A DNA stretch of 64,000 nucleotides from Alphaproteobacteria bacterium (GCA_963422645.2 CAXXVO010000020.1:12378-76377); one strand, 5' to 3'; shown: positions 35,981-46,999, numbered from the stretch's first letter. Notes: generated by a model not told the origin, from the sequence alone. Made by a program: numbers and translations.

Positions 35981-37359
35981 TCCGCATCATCGCCTTCGTC
36001 GTCGCGGTGATCGTCGTGGCGGCGGCCGCGACCTGGATTTCGGAGCCACCCGGCCGCGTCGAGATCGCCTGGGGCGACTACATGGTCGAGGGCTCGCCGG
36101 GGGTGCTCGCGGCTGCCATCGCCGTGGCCGCAGCGGTCGTTCTGGCGATCACGGCGGTCGTGCGCTTCGTCTGGATCGGCCCCCGCCGGGTCGCGCTGGC
36201 GCGGCGCCGCCGCCGCGAGCGGCTCGGCTATCGCGCGCTCACACAAGGGCTGGTTGCCGCGGCAGCGGGCGATCCCAAGCGGGCTCGGCGCTTCGCGCGG
36301 CGCGCGGATGCGCTGCTGGAGGAGCCGCCGCTGACGCTTCTGCTTTCGGCCCAGGCGGCGCAGCTAGAGGGCGACGACCACGCCGCGCGCGGCTATTTCG
36401 AGGCCATGCTCGATCAGCCCGCAACGGAATTCCTCGGCTTGCGCGGCCTGCTGGTCCAGGCCGAGCGCACCGGCGACACGGCCGGGGCGCTCGAGCTTGC
36501 CGAACGCGCCTTCGCGCTCAGGCCGGAGACGCCCTGGGTGCTGACGGCGCTGCTGGAGATGCAAACGCGCGCGGGGCGCTGGTCGGATGCGCTCGGCACG
36601 GTCAAGCAGGCCCGGCGCCACGGCGCAGTAAGCGAGGAGGTCGGACGCCGACGCCAGGCGGGACTGCTCTTCGAGCGCGCGCGGGCGCTGCGCGAGCAAG
36701 GCGAGGTCAGGGAGGCGCTCCGCATCGCCGACGAGGCGCGGACGGCGGATGCGAGCTTCCTTCCCGCCGCGGTGCTCGGCGCGGGCCTCGCCAAGGAAGC
36801 CGGCCGCGATACGGCGGCTCAGCGGGCGGTGACGGAGGCCTGGCGCCACTGTCCCCACCCGGCGCTCGGCCGGCTCTTCCTCGCGCTGAACGCGGACCGC
36901 TCCGCCGCGGAGCGGCTGAAGCGGGTCGAGACGCTGGTCGCCGACAACCGCGACCACGCGGAAAGCCTCATGCTGCTCGCGAATCAGGCGCTCGACGCGA
37001 AGCAGTGGGGGACCGCGCGCCGGCACCTGGAGCGCGCCGCTGCCGAGCGCCCCACGGCCGTCGTCTACCGCCTGCTCGCGCGCCTGGAGGAAGCGGAGAC
37101 AGGGGACGGGGCGGCGGTTCGCCGGCGCCTTCAGCAGGCGAGCGAGGCGCCGCCCGATCCGGCCTGGCTCTGTACCCGCTGCGCCAGCGCGAGCCCCGCG
37201 TGGTCGATCGTCTGCGATCGCTGCGGCGCCTTCGATTCGGTCGAGTGGCGCTCAGCCCCCCGTGCCGAGCCCGGCGCGTTGCCGCAGGAGCCCGCCGCCG
37301 CTACCGACGATGACGAAGAGCAGCCGGTGGAGGCCGCCGCCGGCACCGCCGCCGAGTGA
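35977..37359 (+). CDS. hemY: HemY-N/TPR protein
   Basis: two TM segments, LLLSAQAAQ, FLGLRGL, C-terminal CxxC..CxxC. Confidence 0.88.
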   Translation: MIRIIAFVVAVIVVAAAATWISEPPGRVEIAWGDYMVEGSPGVLAAAIAVAAAVVLAITAVVRFVWIGPRRVALARRRRRERLGYRALTQGLVAAAAGDPKRARRFARRADALLEEPPLTLLLSAQAAQLEGDDHAARGYFEAMLDQPATEFLGLRGLLVQAERTGDTAGALELAERAFALRPETPWVLTALLEMQTRAGRWSDALGTVKQARRHGAVSEEVGRRRQAGLLFERARALREQGEVREALRIADEARTADASFLPAAVLGAGLAKEAGRDTAAQRAVTEAWRHCPHPALGRLFLALNADRSAAERLKRVETLVADNRDHAESLMLLANQALDAKQWGTARRHLERAAAERPTAVVYRLLARLEEAETGDGAAVRRRLQQASEAPPDPAWLCTRCASASPAWSIVCDRCGAFDSVEWRSAPRAEPGALPQEPAAATDDDEEQPVEAAAGTAAE

Positions 37360-37444
37360 GCGTCGCCGCAGGAAGGCAGCGTCGTCCCGCGATTGGCGCC
37401 TTTACAATGCGGCGTGCCTTGACGATAGTCCGGCGCGGAACCGG

Positions 37445-37520
37445 GCCGCAGTAGCTCAGTCGGTAGAGCAATGCATTCGTAATGCATGGGTCGGGAGTTC
37501 GAATCTCTCCTGCGGCACCA
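37445..37520 (+). tRNA. tRNA-Thr(CGT)
   Basis: 76 nt, anticodon arm ATGCA-TTCGTAA-TGCAT, CCA end. Confidence 0.96.
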
Positions 37521-37658
37521 GTCCCCGGTTCCAAACCTTCCCGTAAAATATCAAATTGCCATACAAAACAGTCTCTTAATAGAAGACTCTGTGCTTGACC
37601 GTTCCGCTCAATTCCCTTAGGTTCCCTGACTAAACTATGGGAAACGCGTGGGGAAAGC

Positions 37659-38834
37659 ATGAATCGGCTGACGGTGACGCAGGCGCGCGCACTCAAGAAT
37701 CGGGGCATGTACCGGGCTGATCCGACCCTCTACCTGAACATCGCATCGGGCGGATCGAAGAGCTGGATACAAAGACTCACCATCAACGGTCGGCGCCACG
37801 ACATCGGGCTCGGCTCATTCGAGCTGGTGACGATGGCTGAAGCGCGGGACAAGGCATTTCAGAATCGTCGGATCGTGCAGGCCGGCGGCAACCCGCTCGT
37901 CGAGAAGCGTAAGGCCAGGGTGCCGAGCTTCCGCGAGGCGTCCAAGGCAACGTTCGAGGCCAACCGGCCTCGATGGCGCAACGCCAAGGTCGCGTCGAAC
38001 TGGATGCAGCAATTGGAGCGGCACGCATTCCCCATCATCGGCGACATGCCGGTGGACAAGATCGGCCGCGAGGATGTGCTGCGGGTGCTGACGCCGATTT
38101 GGACCAGCAAGCCGGAGGTCGGTCGCAAGGTGCGCCAGCGTGTCCGTGCGACCCTCCGTTGGGCTGAAGCTCATGGGCACGTCCAGACCAACGTCGCGGG
38201 CGATGCCATTGACGGCGCGCTGCCGCGCCAGCCCGCCGTCAAGGCTCATTTCCGGGCTCTGCCCTACCGGGAGATCGGCACCGCACTCGCAACCGTCGAA
38301 GCGTCCGGTGCATCCCTGGCAGCCAAGCTGGCACTGAAGTTCGTTGTGCTGACCGCCTGCCGCAGCGGCGAGGTTCGGCTTGCCGAGTGGAGCGAGATAG
38401 ACGCGGTGTCGGCGACGTGGACGATACCGGGATCGCGCATGAAGAACGGCACCGAACACCGTGTGCCGCTAAGCGATGCTGCGGTGGAGGTGCTGGAACA
38501 GGCGCGCCCATTGAGTGGTGGGCGGGCTCTCGTATTTCGCTCTCCGCGGTCTCCGAACCGCGCCTTGTCGGACATGTCACTCACCAAGGTTCTGCGAACA
38601 ACCGGCCTCGCCGAGAAGACTGTGGTGCATGGTCTCCGGTCGACGTTCAGAGATTGGTGCGCTGACACGGGCAAGCCACGTGAGCTCGCCGAGGCAGCGC
38701 TGGCGCACACCGTCGGCGGTGTTGAAGGAGCCTATTTCCGAAGCGACGTGTTTGAACGACGCCGCGTTCTCATGCAAGCGTGGGCGGACTTCGTAACCGG
38801 CGGCACCGGCACCGTGGTGAGGATGCATGCGTAG
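37659..38834 (+). CDS. P4-type tyrosine integrase
   Basis: arm-binding N-terminus (LYL..GGSKSW..R); catalytic R-K-HxxR-H-Y (ACRSGE, MKNG, HGLR, LAH, AYFR). Confidence 0.95.
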   Translation: MNRLTVTQARALKNRGMYRADPTLYLNIASGGSKSWIQRLTINGRRHDIGLGSFELVTMAEARDKAFQNRRIVQAGGNPLVEKRKARVPSFREASKATFEANRPRWRNAKVASNWMQQLERHAFPIIGDMPVDKIGREDVLRVLTPIWTSKPEVGRKVRQRVRATLRWAEAHGHVQTNVAGDAIDGALPRQPAVKAHFRALPYREIGTALATVEASGASLAAKLALKFVVLTACRSGEVRLAEWSEIDAVSATWTIPGSRMKNGTEHRVPLSDAAVEVLEQARPLSGGRALVFRSPRSPNRALSDMSLTKVLRTTGLAEKTVVHGLRSTFRDWCADTGKPRELAEAALAHTVGGVEGAYFRSDVFERRRVLMQAWADFVTGGTGTVVRMHA

Positions 38835-39354
38835 TTCAAATCGTGGGCTTCGGCTGCGCCCCGCTTTTCAGAAGTTGCCGGGGCCGTCGTACAACGTGTT
38901 GGACTGGCCCGGTGATAGCGAGGAACAGGCGCGTGCCATCCGAAGACTGGCGTTCATGGCGAGCGATGAGGCGCAGACCTTCCGGCTACGGGCATGGGCC
39001 TTCGACGCATTGGAAGACATTGCCCGCAAGGATATTCGCGGACAGGGCCTGGAAGACAGCGCCCGCGACGCAATTCGGGAGCTTGCCGTTGCCGTTCTTG
39101 CGGGCGAGGTCGTCCGACCCAAGCGCGGCAAAGGGCGTAGTCCGGATGAGAACCAGGAGCGCAATGACCGGATCGTCCGGTTGACCGCTTGGCTTGTCTT
39201 CAGGGAAGGCAAGCCCGAAGCCGACGCTATCGAGACGGTTCGAAAATCTGTTCCCCGCGCGGGAGGTGGAACACTCACCGCCGATCACATTGGGCGCATC
39301 ATCAAGAGGCATGGCCCAATCGAGAAATATCGGAATCAAATCCTCCCCATTTGA
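38827..39354 (+). CDS. hypothetical protein
   Basis: ORF overlaps the integrase stop and lies before alpA, as is common in satellites. Confidence 0.55.
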   Translation: MRSSNRGLRLRPAFQKLPGPSYNVLDWPGDSEEQARAIRRLAFMASDEAQTFRLRAWAFDALEDIARKDIRGQGLEDSARDAIRELAVAVLAGEVVRPKRGKGRSPDENQERNDRIVRLTAWLVFREGKPEADAIETVRKSVPRAGGGTLTADHIGRIIKRHGPIEKYRNQILPI

Positions 39355-39417
39355 TTCCATTCAACCCTAGCGGGCACTTGCGGCAATATCCGGGATGACC
39401 AAGACCCGGAGGACGCC

Positions 39418-39618
39418 ATGAATGACGACCGCCTACTCCGCCGCGAAGAGGTCGAGACCCGCTGCGGGATCGCCCGTTCGTCCATCTATAGATTGATGCG
39501 CTCCGGCCAGTTTCCCGAACCAGTCAGGGTCGGCCCGCGCGCCGTGCGCTGGCCTGCATCCGAGATCGAAGAATGGCTGCGCGCTCGCCCGCGTGCGACT
39601 GGTGAAGTCGCCCATTAG
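39418..39618 (+). CDS. alpA: AlpA-family regulator/excisionase
   Basis: LLRREEVETRCGIARSSIYRLM..GQFPEPV.VGPRAVRW; GGAGG RBS. Confidence 0.93.
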   Translation: MNDDRLLRREEVETRCGIARSSIYRLMRSGQFPEPVRVGPRAVRWPASEIEEWLRARPRATGEVAH

Positions 39619-39731
39619 ATTTGAACACTAGGTCGACCCGAAAGCACGGCAGTCCGTCTCGCCATGAGTGTTGATCGGCGCACAGGTTCGGTGCCGATCG
39701 GCGCGGTAGCTCATTGATTTGGCTGGATTAC

Positions 39732-39760
39732 GGGGGGTCAACAAAGCGTGCTTAACAACA
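39732..39760 (-). repeat. orphan IS21-type terminal repeat
   Basis: GGGGGTCA...GCTTAACAACA resembles the IS21 end at 6618-6645. Confidence 0.7.
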
Positions 39761-40465
39761 CGCCAGGGCGGCTTCGCGTTGATCGCCGGCGAGCCCGGCA
39801 CCGGAAAGAGCGTGGCGTTGCGCGTGCTCGCCGACCGCCTCGGCCGCTCGGACGGGCTCAGGGTCTGTGCCATCACCCACCCCTCTTCCAGGCTGTCCGA
39901 CTTCTACCGCGAGATCGGCGGGATGTTCGGCGTCGACCTGATGTACAACAACCGCTGGGCCAGCTTCAAAAACCTGCGCGAGCGATGGCTCACCCATGTC
40001 GACGACACCCGCATGCGGCCCGTGGTGCTCATCGACGAGGCCCAGGAGCTGCTGCCCTCGGTGATCTCCGAGATCCGCCTGCTGGCGTCCACCGACTTCG
40101 ACTCGCGCGCCATCCTCTCGGTCGTCTTCGCCGGCGACAGCCGCCTGATCGACAGGCTCCGCCAGCCCGACTTGCAGCCCATCGCCTCGCGCCTGCGCCA
40201 GCGCCTGGTCATGACCCAGGCAGACGCCGGCGACCTCGCGGCCCTGCTCGACCATCTGGTCGAGCAGGCCGGCAATCCGGGCCTCATGAGCGCAGAGCTC
40301 AAGGACACCCTGGTCACCCACGCCGGCGGCAACCCCAGGGCGCTTACCGTCATGGGCGACATGCTGCTCGCCGCCGGCGCCGAGAAGAACCGCGAGGTTC
40401 TCGACGAGAAGCTCTTCATGGAGATCCTGGGCGAGCCCGCCAAGCCGAAGAGGGCACGGCGGTGA
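39761..40465 (+). pseudogene. ExeA-type AAA ATPase, N-terminally truncated
   Basis: GEPGTGKS, LIDEAQ, SRLR, GGNPR; begins right at the IS21 end. Confidence 0.8.
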
Positions 40466-41460
40466 AGGGCTTCCCGACACGGGCGCCGATGCAGCTCGAG
40501 GATCGCCCCCGGGCGCAACAGTGGATGGTGGACACGCTGTGGGCCGAGCAGGCCGTGGGCATCGTCGGCGGCGAGCCCAAGTGCGGCAAATCCCTGCTCG
40601 CGCTCGATCTCGCCGTCGCCGTGGCCACCGGCGTCCCATGCCTGCGCCACTACCGCCCCAGCGCAAGCGGCACCGTGCTGCTCTTCGCCGCCGAGGACGC
40701 CGGCCACAGGGTGCGCAAGCGTCTGCAGGGGATCGCCCGCGCCGCCGCCACCCCCTTCGACGAACTCGACATCGCCGTCATCGACGTGCCCACCCTGCGT
40801 CTCGACCGGCCCGGCGACCGTCAACGCCTGCAGCAGACCGTGGAGCGCATCGAACCGCGCCTCCTGATCCTCGATCCCCTGGTCCGCCTGCACAGCGTCG
40901 ACGAGAACGCCGTCGCAGAGATCGCCCCCATCCTCGGCTTCCTGCGCGAACTGCAGCGCCGCTTCGAAACCGCCGTCCTCCTCGTCCACCACGCCCGCAA
41001 GAGCGGCGGCACCCGGCCGGGGCAGGCCCTGCGCGGGAGCAGCGAGCTGCACGCTTGGGGTGACTCAAATCTGTACCTGCGCCGGCGCGACAAGAAGATC
41101 GTCATGACGGTCGAGCAGCGCGACGCCCGGGGCCTCAACGACATCGAGCTGGAACTCGTCGACGGCGGACATGGGCCGGCCTTCCGTCTGCACCAGGACG
41201 CGGCAGATGAAGACAGGCACGAGCCCGCCACCGTCGAGCAGCGCGTCTTCAAGGCGATCGAGCAGGCCGAAAAGCCGCTCTCGAAAGCCCAGATCCGCTC
41301 ACGCGCCGCTGCCCGCAACGCCACCGTCGTTGCCGCCATCGAGAGCCTCACCAGGGAGGGGCGCATCGAACGGGCGCCCAGGGGTGGCTATCGCCTCGCA
41401 GCCGCCGAGGCGCACCGGGAGCCGCAATCCCCTGCCGCCATCAACGGAAGTGCGGGATGA
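40462..41460 (+). CDS. RepA/AAA_25-type helicase with C-terminal HTH
   Basis: GGEPKCGKS, AAED, ILDPL, VHHARK, RGSS; GTGA overlap with the upstream gene. Confidence 0.87.
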   Translation: MKGFPTRAPMQLEDRPRAQQWMVDTLWAEQAVGIVGGEPKCGKSLLALDLAVAVATGVPCLRHYRPSASGTVLLFAAEDAGHRVRKRLQGIARAAATPFDELDIAVIDVPTLRLDRPGDRQRLQQTVERIEPRLLILDPLVRLHSVDENAVAEIAPILGFLRELQRRFETAVLLVHHARKSGGTRPGQALRGSSELHAWGDSNLYLRRRDKKIVMTVEQRDARGLNDIELELVDGGHGPAFRLHQDAADEDRHEPATVEQRVFKAIEQAEKPLSKAQIRSRAAARNATVVAAIESLTREGRIERAPRGGYRLAAAEAHREPQSPAAINGSAG

Positions 41461-41521
41461 GGCGTTCCCGTTCCCGTTCCCGGAACTCTTAAGCGTTGAA
41501 GGGTACAGGAACGGGAACGCC
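41461..41521. repeat. 14-bp inverted repeat containing GTTCCC x3
   Basis: GGCGTTCCCGTTCC ... GGAACGGGAACGCC. Confidence 0.85.
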
Positions 41522-41562
41522 GTCAGCCTCCCTTCCAAGCAGACCTTCGCCGGGACCCGGCA

Positions 41563-42432
41563 ATGAGCGGCGGCGATCCCCTGGCCACCTGCCGCAACAT
41601 CCCCCTCGACCGGGTCGCCGCCGCCCTCGGCTACCGCAGAGACCCGACCGACCGGGCGCGCTTCAAGCGCGGGGGCTCGGTCATCAGCATCAACGGCGAG
41701 AAGTTCTTCGATCACCTGCGCGGCACGGGAGGGGGTGGCGCCATCGACCTCGTCATCCATGCGACGGGATGCCGCTTCCCGGAAGCCCTCCGCTTCCTCG
41801 GAAGCCATGAGGGGCGGAGGGAGATCACCACCATCCCAGCCGCCCCGCGACGCCTGCGGCTGCCAAGGCCCAGTCCCCGCGCCTGGCCCAGGGTCCGGGA
41901 CGCCCTCATCCGCCAACGCGCTATCGGCACCGACGTGCTCGAAGCCTGCCACGGCCGAGGCCTCCTCTACGCCGATGACAGGATCAACGCCGTCTTCATC
42001 TGCCGAAACGCCAGCGGGCACACGACCGGCGCCGAGATCCTCGGCACCGCGCCGCAGCCCGGAACAAAACGCTTCAGGGGCATGGCCCCGGGATCGCGCA
42101 AGGCGCGTGGCGGCTTCTGGCTCCACTGCGACCGAAACCAGCCCGCCCTCGTCATCCTCACCGAGAGCGCCGTCGACGCCATCTCTGCACGAAGCCTGCG
42201 CGTCGAGGGGACGCGCGAGAACGGCGCCGTCGTCGCCTCAACCGCCGGCATCGCCAGCTCGGTCCCGCCCTGGATCAAGGAGTGGAAGCCACGTCGCATC
42301 GTCTGTGCCTACGACGCAGACAGCGCCGGCGACACTGCCGCCGAGCATCTCGTGCTCAACGATCCAAGGGTGAAAAGGTTGCGCCCACGACACGCCAAGG
42401 ACTGGAACGAGATGCTCCTGCGGTCTCGATGA
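41563..42432 (+). CDS. primase-like TOPRIM protein
   Basis: GGGAIDLV, ESAVDAIS, AYDADSAG, KDWNE. Confidence 0.85.
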   Translation: MSGGDPLATCRNIPLDRVAAALGYRRDPTDRARFKRGGSVISINGEKFFDHLRGTGGGGAIDLVIHATGCRFPEALRFLGSHEGRREITTIPAAPRRLRLPRPSPRAWPRVRDALIRQRAIGTDVLEACHGRGLLYADDRINAVFICRNASGHTTGAEILGTAPQPGTKRFRGMAPGSRKARGGFWLHCDRNQPALVILTESAVDAISARSLRVEGTRENGAVVASTAGIASSVPPWIKEWKPRRIVCAYDADSAGDTAAEHLVLNDPRVKRLRPRHAKDWNEMLLRSR

Positions 42433-42524
42433 AAGCCAGGCCACTCACCGCTCTCGCAGATCAACCAAGCGCCGCATCACGAACATCAAATAATCCGAAA
42501 ACCGCACCATCAAATGCTGGGCGC

Positions 42525-43074
42525 ACGCTCACCTGCCGTGCGTTCGATCGGCATCGACCGCGATGCGCAGGCGCTCGAGGCCTTCGTCTGCGACTACCCG
42601 GTCGATCTGGTTCACGGCTGTGCCCATGACTTCCTGGCCTCGTTCCCGTTCCTGGGCCCGGAGCTGGTTTACAGCGATCCGCCCTATCTGCACGCGACCC
42701 GCCGCTCGGCGCAGCGCTACCGCTTCGAGTACGAGGAGGCCGGCCACGTCGCGCTTCTCGCGCTGCTCAAGGCTCTGCCCTGCCAGGTCATGATCTCGGG
42801 CCATCCGTCGGCGCTCTATGACGAGGTGCTGGCGGGATGGCGCCGGCTGGCGCTGCAGGTCACGACCCAGGGTCTGGTGCGAACCGAGGTCGTCTGGTTC
42901 AACTACGCCCCCGACCGGATGCATTGGGCCAGCCACGCAGGCCGGAACTTCACCGACCGCCAGCGCATCAAGCGCAAGGCAGCCAACTGGGGCCGGCGCT
43001 ACCAGGCCTTGCCGCCGGGCGAACGCCTCGCCGTGCTCGCCGCCATGATGGCCGTCGAGGCCGAAGACACGTGA
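42525..43074 (+). pseudogene. Dam/D12-type adenine methyltransferase, N-terminally truncated
   Basis: YSDPPY, MISGH, RTEVVWFNY; the SAM-binding motif I is absent. Confidence 0.78.
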
Positions 43075-44774
43075 CGGTGTCGCACTGGCACGAAGACCTC
43101 GCCGCCCGTAACGAGGCCTTCTGCTGCCTGAAGGAGCTTCTCGAGCCATCATCCCTCGCAACCACTGTCGTCGTTGCCGTCCGGGAATGGGGGCAGGGGC
43201 TGCTGCGATCAGCCACCGCGCTCGCCCGGGAAAATGCCGCACTCGAGCAGGAGAACGCGGCCCTGCGCGAGCGCATCGCCGAACTCGAGCGCAGCGCGGC
43301 CCTCAACAGCACCACAAGCAGCAAGCCCCCCGCCAGCGACGGGCTCAAGAAGAAAAGCGGAGCCCAGAGGCGCACCCAAAGCCAGCGCGGAAAGTCCGGC
43401 GGGCCCAGTGGCGGCCAGCCCGGCCACAAGGGAACCACCCTCGCGCGGAGCGACAGCCCGGACCGTGTCGTCGATCACCACCCCTCCACCTGTTCCGGCT
43501 GTGGCGTCGAGCTCTCGGACGCCGACCGGCAAGGCGCGCCCGCCTGTCGGCAGGTCTTCGACGTACCCGAGCCGCAGCCTCTCGAGGTCACCGAACACCG
43601 CGCCCATCGCTGCCTCTGCGGCGCATGCGGCACGCTGACACGAGCCGCCTTCCCGCCGGGCGTCACCGCCCCGGTCCAGTACGGCCCTCGCATCACCGCT
43701 TGGGTGAGTTACCTGCTGTACGCCCAGTTCGTGCCCGAGAAGCGTCTGGCCGAACTCATGAGCGACATCTTCGCGGTGTCCATCTCCACTGCCACGATCG
43801 CCGCCATGGGCCGGCGCACAGCGCAGCGCTTCGAGGGCTTCCTCGACCATGTCGCCGATCTGATCCGCACGCAGGCGCCGGTCAAGCACCTCGACGAGAC
43901 CGGCCTGCGTATCGCCGCCCGTACCCGCTGGCTCCATGTGCTGTGCACCCCGTTGCTCACCGTCCTGCGCATCGGCGAGGGACGCGGCGATGTCGAAAAG
44001 AACCTGAAAGGCATCCTCGTCCACGACGACTTCGCCCCCTACTTCACCATCAAGGGCGTCCGCCACGGCGCCTGCAACGCACATCACCTGCGCGAACTCC
44101 AGGCCCTGATCGACATCGAGAAGGAGGAGTGGGCGGCGAGCATGCACCGCCTGCTTCAGCGCGCGCGCAGGGCCGCCCGCTTCGCCCGTGAGAAAGACCG
44201 TCAAGTCCCCGCCTCCCTGGTGGCCCGCATCTCAAGGGCATGGGACCGTATCCTCGAAGAAGCCATCGCCTTCCATGAGGCCCAACCGCCGCTCCAGATC
44301 GCAAAGCGAGGGCGAAAGAAACGCCGCATCGGCCACAACCTCGCGCGCCGCCTTCAAAAGCATAAGGAGGGCTGCCTGCGCTTCCTCACCGACCTGCGCA
44401 CGCCGTTCACGAATAACGAGGCGGAGCGTGACATCCGTATGAACAAAGTGCATGAGAAGATCTCAGGCGGCTTCCGCTCCCTGCAAGGCGCCTGCAACTT
44501 CGCCGGAATGCGCAGCGTCATCGTCACCGCTCGAAAGCAAGGCTGGAACATCCTGCAAATCCTGGCGCACCCGGAACCGATGCAGCTGATCCCTATACTG
44601 CGCTCCTGAACTTCTCCGGCTCATCCTGAGTATCGCTGTCCTCTCATCTTGTTCGCGACGCGGCGTTCATCATCCTCTCGCGCTCAAGAGAGTAGGCACC
44701 CCCGCGGCGTGGGGGCGTTGACGCAAAAGGAACTGGCTTGTTCCATAAGAGAGAGGGGGTACCTGGGCAGTTAC
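43071..44774 (+). mobile_element. IS66-A single-ORF element (transposase to 44609; left IR not found)
   Basis: SSKPPASD, GGQPGH, zinc finger, LDETG, CNAHHLR, NNEAERDIR; right IR ACCTGGGCAGTTAC. Confidence 0.9.
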
Positions 44775-44805
44775 GAATTTTCACAGCAAGAACCTGGGCA
44801 GTTAC
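44775..44805 (+). repeat. 31-bp IS66-B right-end remnant
   Basis: identical to 46613-46643. Confidence 0.9.
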
Positions 44806-46643
44806 GTTTCTCGTTCGGAGTTGGTGGAAAGGGCTTGACGGGAATTTCGGGAAATGACTCAACAACGACATGAGCAATCCCGAGTCGCCGCGCGGCCCTT
44901 CGACGGGAGCAGCGCCCGAAACGCCCGCGCAGAAGATCGCCCGCCTGGAGGAGGAGAACGCCCGGCTTCGGGAGGAAAATGCCTGGCTTCGGCAGCAGAA
45001 CGCGCGGCTGGAAGAGCAAGTCGCGCGTCTCGTCGAGCGCATCGAGGAGTTGGAGCGCCGTCTCGGCCTCAACAGCGGCAACAGCGGCAAGCCGCCTTCG
45101 AGCGATGGGCTGAGGAAGCCGAATTCGAAGCGGCGAACCCGAAGCCTGCGCGGCAAATCGGGCCGCAAGCCCGGTGGCCAGCCCGGCCACAAGGGCAAGA
45201 CGCTGCGCCGCGCCGATCACCCGGGTCGGGTGAAGGATCACGTCCCGGCTTCCTGCAAGGGATGCGGTTCGCCGCTTTCGGACGCGGCCAGGGCGGGAAC
45301 GCCCGTCGCCCGCCAGGTGTTCGATCTGCCCGAGCCGAGCCCCCTGGAGGTGACCGAGCACCGGGCGCATGCCAAGTGCTGCGGGCATTGCGGGACGGTG
45401 ACCCGGGCGGCGTTCCCCGACGGGGTGTCGGCGCCGGTGCAGTACGGCCCGCGCATTGCCGGGGTGGCGGTCTACCTTCAGCACGCTCACTTCCTGCCGG
45501 AGGATCGGCTGTCGCAGGTGATGGCCGAGCTCTTCGGCGCGCCGGTGACGGCTGCGACGTTGGCGACGATGAGCGAGAGGGCGGCCGAGCGGCTGCGGGA
45601 CGCGGCCTTGCACATACAGGACCTGGCGGCGGGCACGGCGCGGGTGAAACACATGGACGAGACCGGCTTGCGGATCGGCGGTCAGACGCAGTGGCTTCAT
45701 GTGATCTGCACGCCGCTGCTGGCGGCGTACCGGGTCAGCGGCAAGCGCGGCGCCCTGCTCTCGGGTGTCTCCGGCATCGTCGTGCACGATCACTGGAAGC
45801 CGTACTTCGCGATGGAAGGGGTGGAGCACGGCCTGTGCAACGCCCATCACCTGCGGGAGTTGCAGGCGCTGGTGGACATCGAAGGGGAGGCTTGGGCCCG
45901 GCGGATGCAGCAGCTCCTGCGCCGAGCCAATCACGCCGCCCGCATCGCGCTGGACAAGGATATCGCCGTTCCGGCGAGGCTTGTGGCGCTGATCGAGCGC
46001 CGATACGACGAGATCATCGCCGATGCGCTGGCCTTTCACGAGAGCCAACCACCGTTCTCGCCGGGCAAGAGGAAGAAGCGCCGGAAGCGAAGGATCGGTC
46101 ACAATCCGGCCTTGAGGCTGCGCGACCACAAATGCGCGGTGCTCCGGTTCCTGATCGACCTCGAGGTCGGGTTCACGAACAACGAGGCCGAGCGCGACCT
46201 TCGGATGATGAAGCTGCGCCAGAAGATCTCCGGGGGCTTCCGGTCCGCGCAGGGGGCCGAGAACTTCGCCATCCTGCGCAGCGTCATCACCACCGCCAGA
46301 AAGCAGGGCTGGAATATCATCGAAGCCCTGACCAGCCCATCGGATCGGCTCATCGCCACCGTCAAGTGCGCGTAAGCTCACCTGGCACGGGTTCTCCAAC
46401 AGCGGAGCCATTCTCATAAACGATCATGGTCGACGCCGTGCTGGACCACCCCATAGAATGAAAATCGGTGCCCGTCGCGCGGGCGGACTTCGGGCCACAT
46501 CGGGGTAGCTTACCGGTCGCAGTCCGCAAGAGGGGCATCGTGAGCTGTGAAACCCGGCGACCCCAGAGGAGCACACGGGCGTCGCGTGGGTAGCGTTGTG
46601 CCGAATCCCAGAGAATTTTCACAGCAAGAACCTGGGCAGTTAC
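44806..46643 (+). mobile_element. IS66-B (transposase 44870-46375), left end lost
   Basis: 501-aa IS66 transposase; right IR ends at 46643; the full left end is visible in the copy ending at 52744. Confidence 0.92.
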
Positions 46644-46644
46644 G

Positions 46645-46999
46645 AAACAGTCATGGTCCCCGCGGTTCTGAGCCACCCCGTGGCATGAAACAGGAGCGGT
46701 TCGGCTGACGTTTTCCTTGCGCTTGCACCCATTTGCCGTGTCAGGATGGGTATTGGCGGAGGTGGGGACGTGTGAGCGTCGTTATATCGGTGACGTAGTT
46801 CCCGATGACAAAACTGCTTCCGGCGGCCGGCTCCGCACCCCGTATTGTACCCGGCCCGTGGCCGTGGACGCGCGGCAAATTGCACCGCACCCGCTCGTCG
46901 GATGCGTGTTCTTCCGACCGCTGTCCCCGCCTCCACCGTGGCGATGCCACGGCGTGATCGTACGCCGCCGTGGCGAGAGCGCAAATGAGGAGGAAGGCG
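46645..46999 (-). ncRNA. candidate bridge/seek RNA region in the IS110 left end
   Basis: 355-bp non-coding end containing antisense matches to the element ends; strand is inferred. Confidence 0.5.
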
